This document shows, piece by piece, positions 50,540 through 53,709 of a stretch of 53,709 bases of DNA; position 1 is the stretch's first letter, and each line of letters starts with the position of its first letter. A program made the translations under genes and the position numbers. Location of the stretch: positions 125,452,822 through 125,506,530 of the forward strand of contig NC_068983.1 in assembly GCF_001194135.2 (NCBI RefSeq), written 5' to 3'. This DNA comes from Octopus bimaculoides. Lineage: Eukaryota. The notes beneath the pieces were generated by a model. The model worked only from the letters and a program-made list of their open reading frames with translations. It did no database searches and was not told where the DNA came from.

Positions 50540-52503
50540 AACAACAAACATGATCAAAATCCGTCAAATGTAGATAATGTAAATATTGTACATAATTCCT
50601 TATCTCTTTTAAATGTAGAACTGTACCGCTCCTTAATTTTTAAAACCGGCCTAAGGTCCCGAATATCAATATTTTTAGCATAAGGTTTTATTTTTACATG
50701 TAGGAAATGAGTTTCCACTGTATTAAAAAAGTCAGATTCGCTATAAATCTTAATTGAAGACCCAACGAACCCCTGGATCTCACAGACAGCAAACGTGACG
50801 GCTCCTTGATCATAAAATCCTTCAAACGACCTACAGTGGATCATGTCAATCTTCAAAGTTTCTACCGTCTTGTAATTCATTTAATACAGTGACTCGATGT
50901 ACTATTGTAGGATGCTTCTGAAAGAAAAAAATTAAAACTTTATATTGGTGCGATAGTAAATAAATTTTAAGAAGATTTATACTAATCGCATATGCATTTA
51001 TTCTTCGACCAGATAAAGCAAATTGCTAGAGGTATTTTGAAATATACTTGGATATTAAGGAAATATACAACGTACTATCTTCAATGTTGAAGCTGCTTGT
51101 AGCTATGGTAACAGAAGAAATAATTTCCCCATTTGTATAAAACACAATTCATATGGATTAAAACATAATATTTTAATAAATAGCCGGGAGTAATTTTGTA
51201 ATTATTTGCAAAGATAGAACATAATTGCTGCTGTTTTCCGAAAGTCAGTTTTGCTACTCCAGCTTCTTCGAGGACAAGATTCTAAAACTGTTCTTTTCTC
51301 CTAATTTTTCTTTCATTCAGCAGTTTAAAGTATAAGCAGCGTTGCAAAGCATTTTTGATTATCAAACAAGGCTCTGTGCATGAAAAGTCAATTAAGAACG
51401 CACACTGAAACTTAATACTGTGTATTACATCGATTCATTTCCTCAGTTTATTTTTACATATTTTGTTATATTTATTCATTGATTGATGCTGCGGTACATT
51501 TGCCTGACTGACAGCTTATGACTGGACTACGATATCTTAAATTTAGATAATGGAATTCAATCGGATTTTTTTTTTGTTTTTATCTCGTCGGCTAATTTTA
51601 ATTACTAATTTCCATTGTATTTAAATATATACGTTTATTTTATAATATATTTCTAAATGAATCTGATCACATGTTCTCTTTTTGGCATTCTGAATATTGA
51701 TTGTAAACATTTTAATAATTCAAGCTTCATATTTCGTTTCATATTCGGTGACATGAAAATCAGTGTCAAGCAATCAAAGATTTAGCTCTCTAAATACACT
51801 ATAAATACATATTTCGACACGCCACTCCCTGTTCTGTGTATTATCTATCACCCCGCTTTTGTTCTGTGTATGAGCACCGACCCCTTTTCTTTAAGTATTG
51901 GAATGTGTGTGTGTGCATTTCTAAACACACAGATACAGACACATACAGACACACACTCACGCAAACACACACAAACTCACACACAAAAACACACACAGAC
52001 ATACGCATATACAAACACGTATACAAATGCCTAATGCTTAATTATATAATGCATAATGTATAAACGTATTATAGATGTATATATATATATATAAGCATAC
52101 ACACAAACATCACACACATATACGCACACACACACATACATATATAAATTATGAGTTAGAGGCTATGGAACGGTCTAAGGGTTAAATATGTCCGTAGACA
52201 CAGATGAATTGTGTCACTATGTATAGGCCTTGCTATAAGGTTAGCAGTAGTTGGTAATTTAAATGGAAAACCGTGGTTTAATACATTCAGATAAGAAAAG
52301 AAATGAAGCAACAATTAGCAATTAGAAGTTGATCATTGATATTAAATGGTCATAGTTTAACTGTACTCAAAATAACATTTACAGCTGTTTCAATTTATTA
52401 TTTTTGAGGTAAATTTAGATTTATCTCTTTCCGTGTAACAAACCCTTATGCAACCCTAAAATATCACCAACATAGAAATAGTAGACATGATAGTAATTTG
52501 AAA

Positions 52504-52535
<32 letters not shown>

Positions 52536-53413
52536 CTCATTAATTTAAGCTAGTTTGCTAATACTAATACCGGGGACCTTGCAGGTATTTTATAATAATA
52601 CCCCTATATTTTTACCCAAACTCTGAGTTTAGATAAAACCCCCACCCATATCAACTGCCTACATCTTATACTTATTAAGCCATTCCTCCTTTACATAACC
52701 AACCAACCCCTGTTGCAAATGCAAGATATTTCAATCAAGAGCTTAATCGAGAACACAGAGGGCATAATTATTTACCCACAATCTTATGACCCCCAGTAAC
52801 TAATTTTAATTTATAATTTTAAATTTTATTTATTTTGTTTTATTTTATATTATTTTCATGTACCTTTTATACCATGGATGTGCTTGTTAGCACTTGTAAT
52901 CTGGACTTAATTTTCTACCAGCATACTGGCCTACCTCCATTTAAAATAGTCCCTAATAGTCCTACCGACTTAGGAACAACATTACCCCTACCTACAGTGG
53001 GGAACGTTTCCATTGATCCATTTACGTTAGAGAAAAATACTTGGAAGCTTAGTGTAAACTACATCTTCAAGAACAAACAGAATAATTTGTTAGTTTTCTG
53101 TCATCGAAAACGATTCATACAATATGTGGAGCTAGTCTGAATCAGTAACGGAGCGACAAAAAGGATTTGCAATACGTGGGATCGTGGTTTACGAAAAGCA
53201 ATGACTAATACAAAATGAACATATGCATAGACTTTTATGACTAATAGACAAATTTATAGTAGAAAATTACCTGTAAATAAATATATTGACCTCACAATAA
53301 GCAATGAGAGGCCGCTGTGTGACTTATTACCACAGAAATCGTCCAAAAGTAGTAAAAATCGAAGGTATATTGTCTATGTCTGTAGCATGAGATTTCAGGC
53401 ATACAATTTTAAG

Positions 53414-53677
53414 TTTACATTATTTACATTATCTACATTTGACGGATATTCGTCCTCATCTTGTTTGTTGTTAACACAACGTTTCGGCTGATATACCCTC
53501 CAGCCTTCGTCAGGTGTGTTGGGGAAATTTCGAACCTGGGTTCTCATTCCTATCGATGTTACTATTATTATTATTATTATTATATTATTATTATTCAGGT
53601 CGCTGCCGTGAATCGAACTCGGAACCTTGGGGTTAGTAGCCCGCGCTCTTAACTACTACGCCATATGCCCGTGGGCA
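53414..53677 (-). mobile_element. tRNA-head/(AAT)n/hammerhead element, copy 3
   Basis: The head at 53596-53670 reads TGGCGTAGTAGTTAAG...GAGTTCGATTC. It is followed by (AAT)n, a linker, the ribozyme and a (TGTAAATAA)-type tail. The partial hairpin TGCCC-GT-GGGCA lies at the 5' end. Confidence 0.88.
53473..53517 (-). ncRNA. Minimal type I hammerhead ribozyme (family 3)
   Basis: ACAC-CTGACGA-A-GGCTG(GAGGGTATAT)CAGCC-GAAAC-GTT-GTGTT has an intact core, a perfect 5-bp stem II and a GUU triplet. Confidence 0.75.
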
Positions 53678-53709
53678 ATTATGGGGTGAATTTTAAGGCT
53701 TATAAATCT

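Larger units (their letters stand above)
50092..50625 (+). mobile_element. Foldback tRNA-head/(AAT)n/hammerhead element, copy 2, with 13-bp TSD
   Basis: CCGCTCCTTAATT flanks the element at 50079-50091 and 50626-50638. Internal order: inverted tail, ribozyme and (ATT)n arm (50092-50325), hairpin (50326-50353), tRNA-like head (50341-50415), (AAT)n, ribozyme, tail. Confidence 0.85.

Noticed and set aside
50554-50880. 108-aa minus-strand ORF
   Set aside because: Its 3' part runs into the repeat tail and TSD, and no domain is recognisable.
51099-51112. RFX X-box-like GTAGCTATGGTAAC (weaker one at ~2342-2355)
   Set aside because: A rough composition estimate gives on the order of one chance match per window, and no gene start is evident nearby.
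53596-53670. tRNA gene with an ACT anticodon (also 45614-45686 and 50341-50415)
   Set aside because: The acceptor stem does not pair, the anticodon stem is only 3 bp, and the sequence is embedded in a repeated composite element. It is treated as a SINE-type head.

Overview
AT-rich, microsatellite-dense eukaryotic DNA with five N gaps, each flanked by simple repeats. The repeat content points to an octopod cephalopod (Octopus-like); this is inference from recalled repeat families, not a database search. No host protein-coding exon, rRNA, functional tRNA or CRISPR array could be supported, so the window looks intergenic or intronic. It is a graveyard of transposons: at least four Tc1/mariner lineages (one mariner nested by TA duplication in a DD37D/maT element), CR1/L2-like, L1/Tx1-like and R4/Dong-like (RLE) LINE fragments, a Penelope-like RT+GIY-YIG relic, several tRNA-derived SINE families and a probable non-autonomous Helitron. 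The most notable signal is a short element present three times in the last 8 kb: hairpin, tRNA-like Pol III head, (AAT)n, minimal hammerhead ribozyme, tandem tail. One copy is a 534-bp foldback bounded by a 13-bp direct repeat, and in another the head is fused directly to the Penelope RT. Two further unrelated hammerhead-like motifs occur at 859-905 and 24570-24614.
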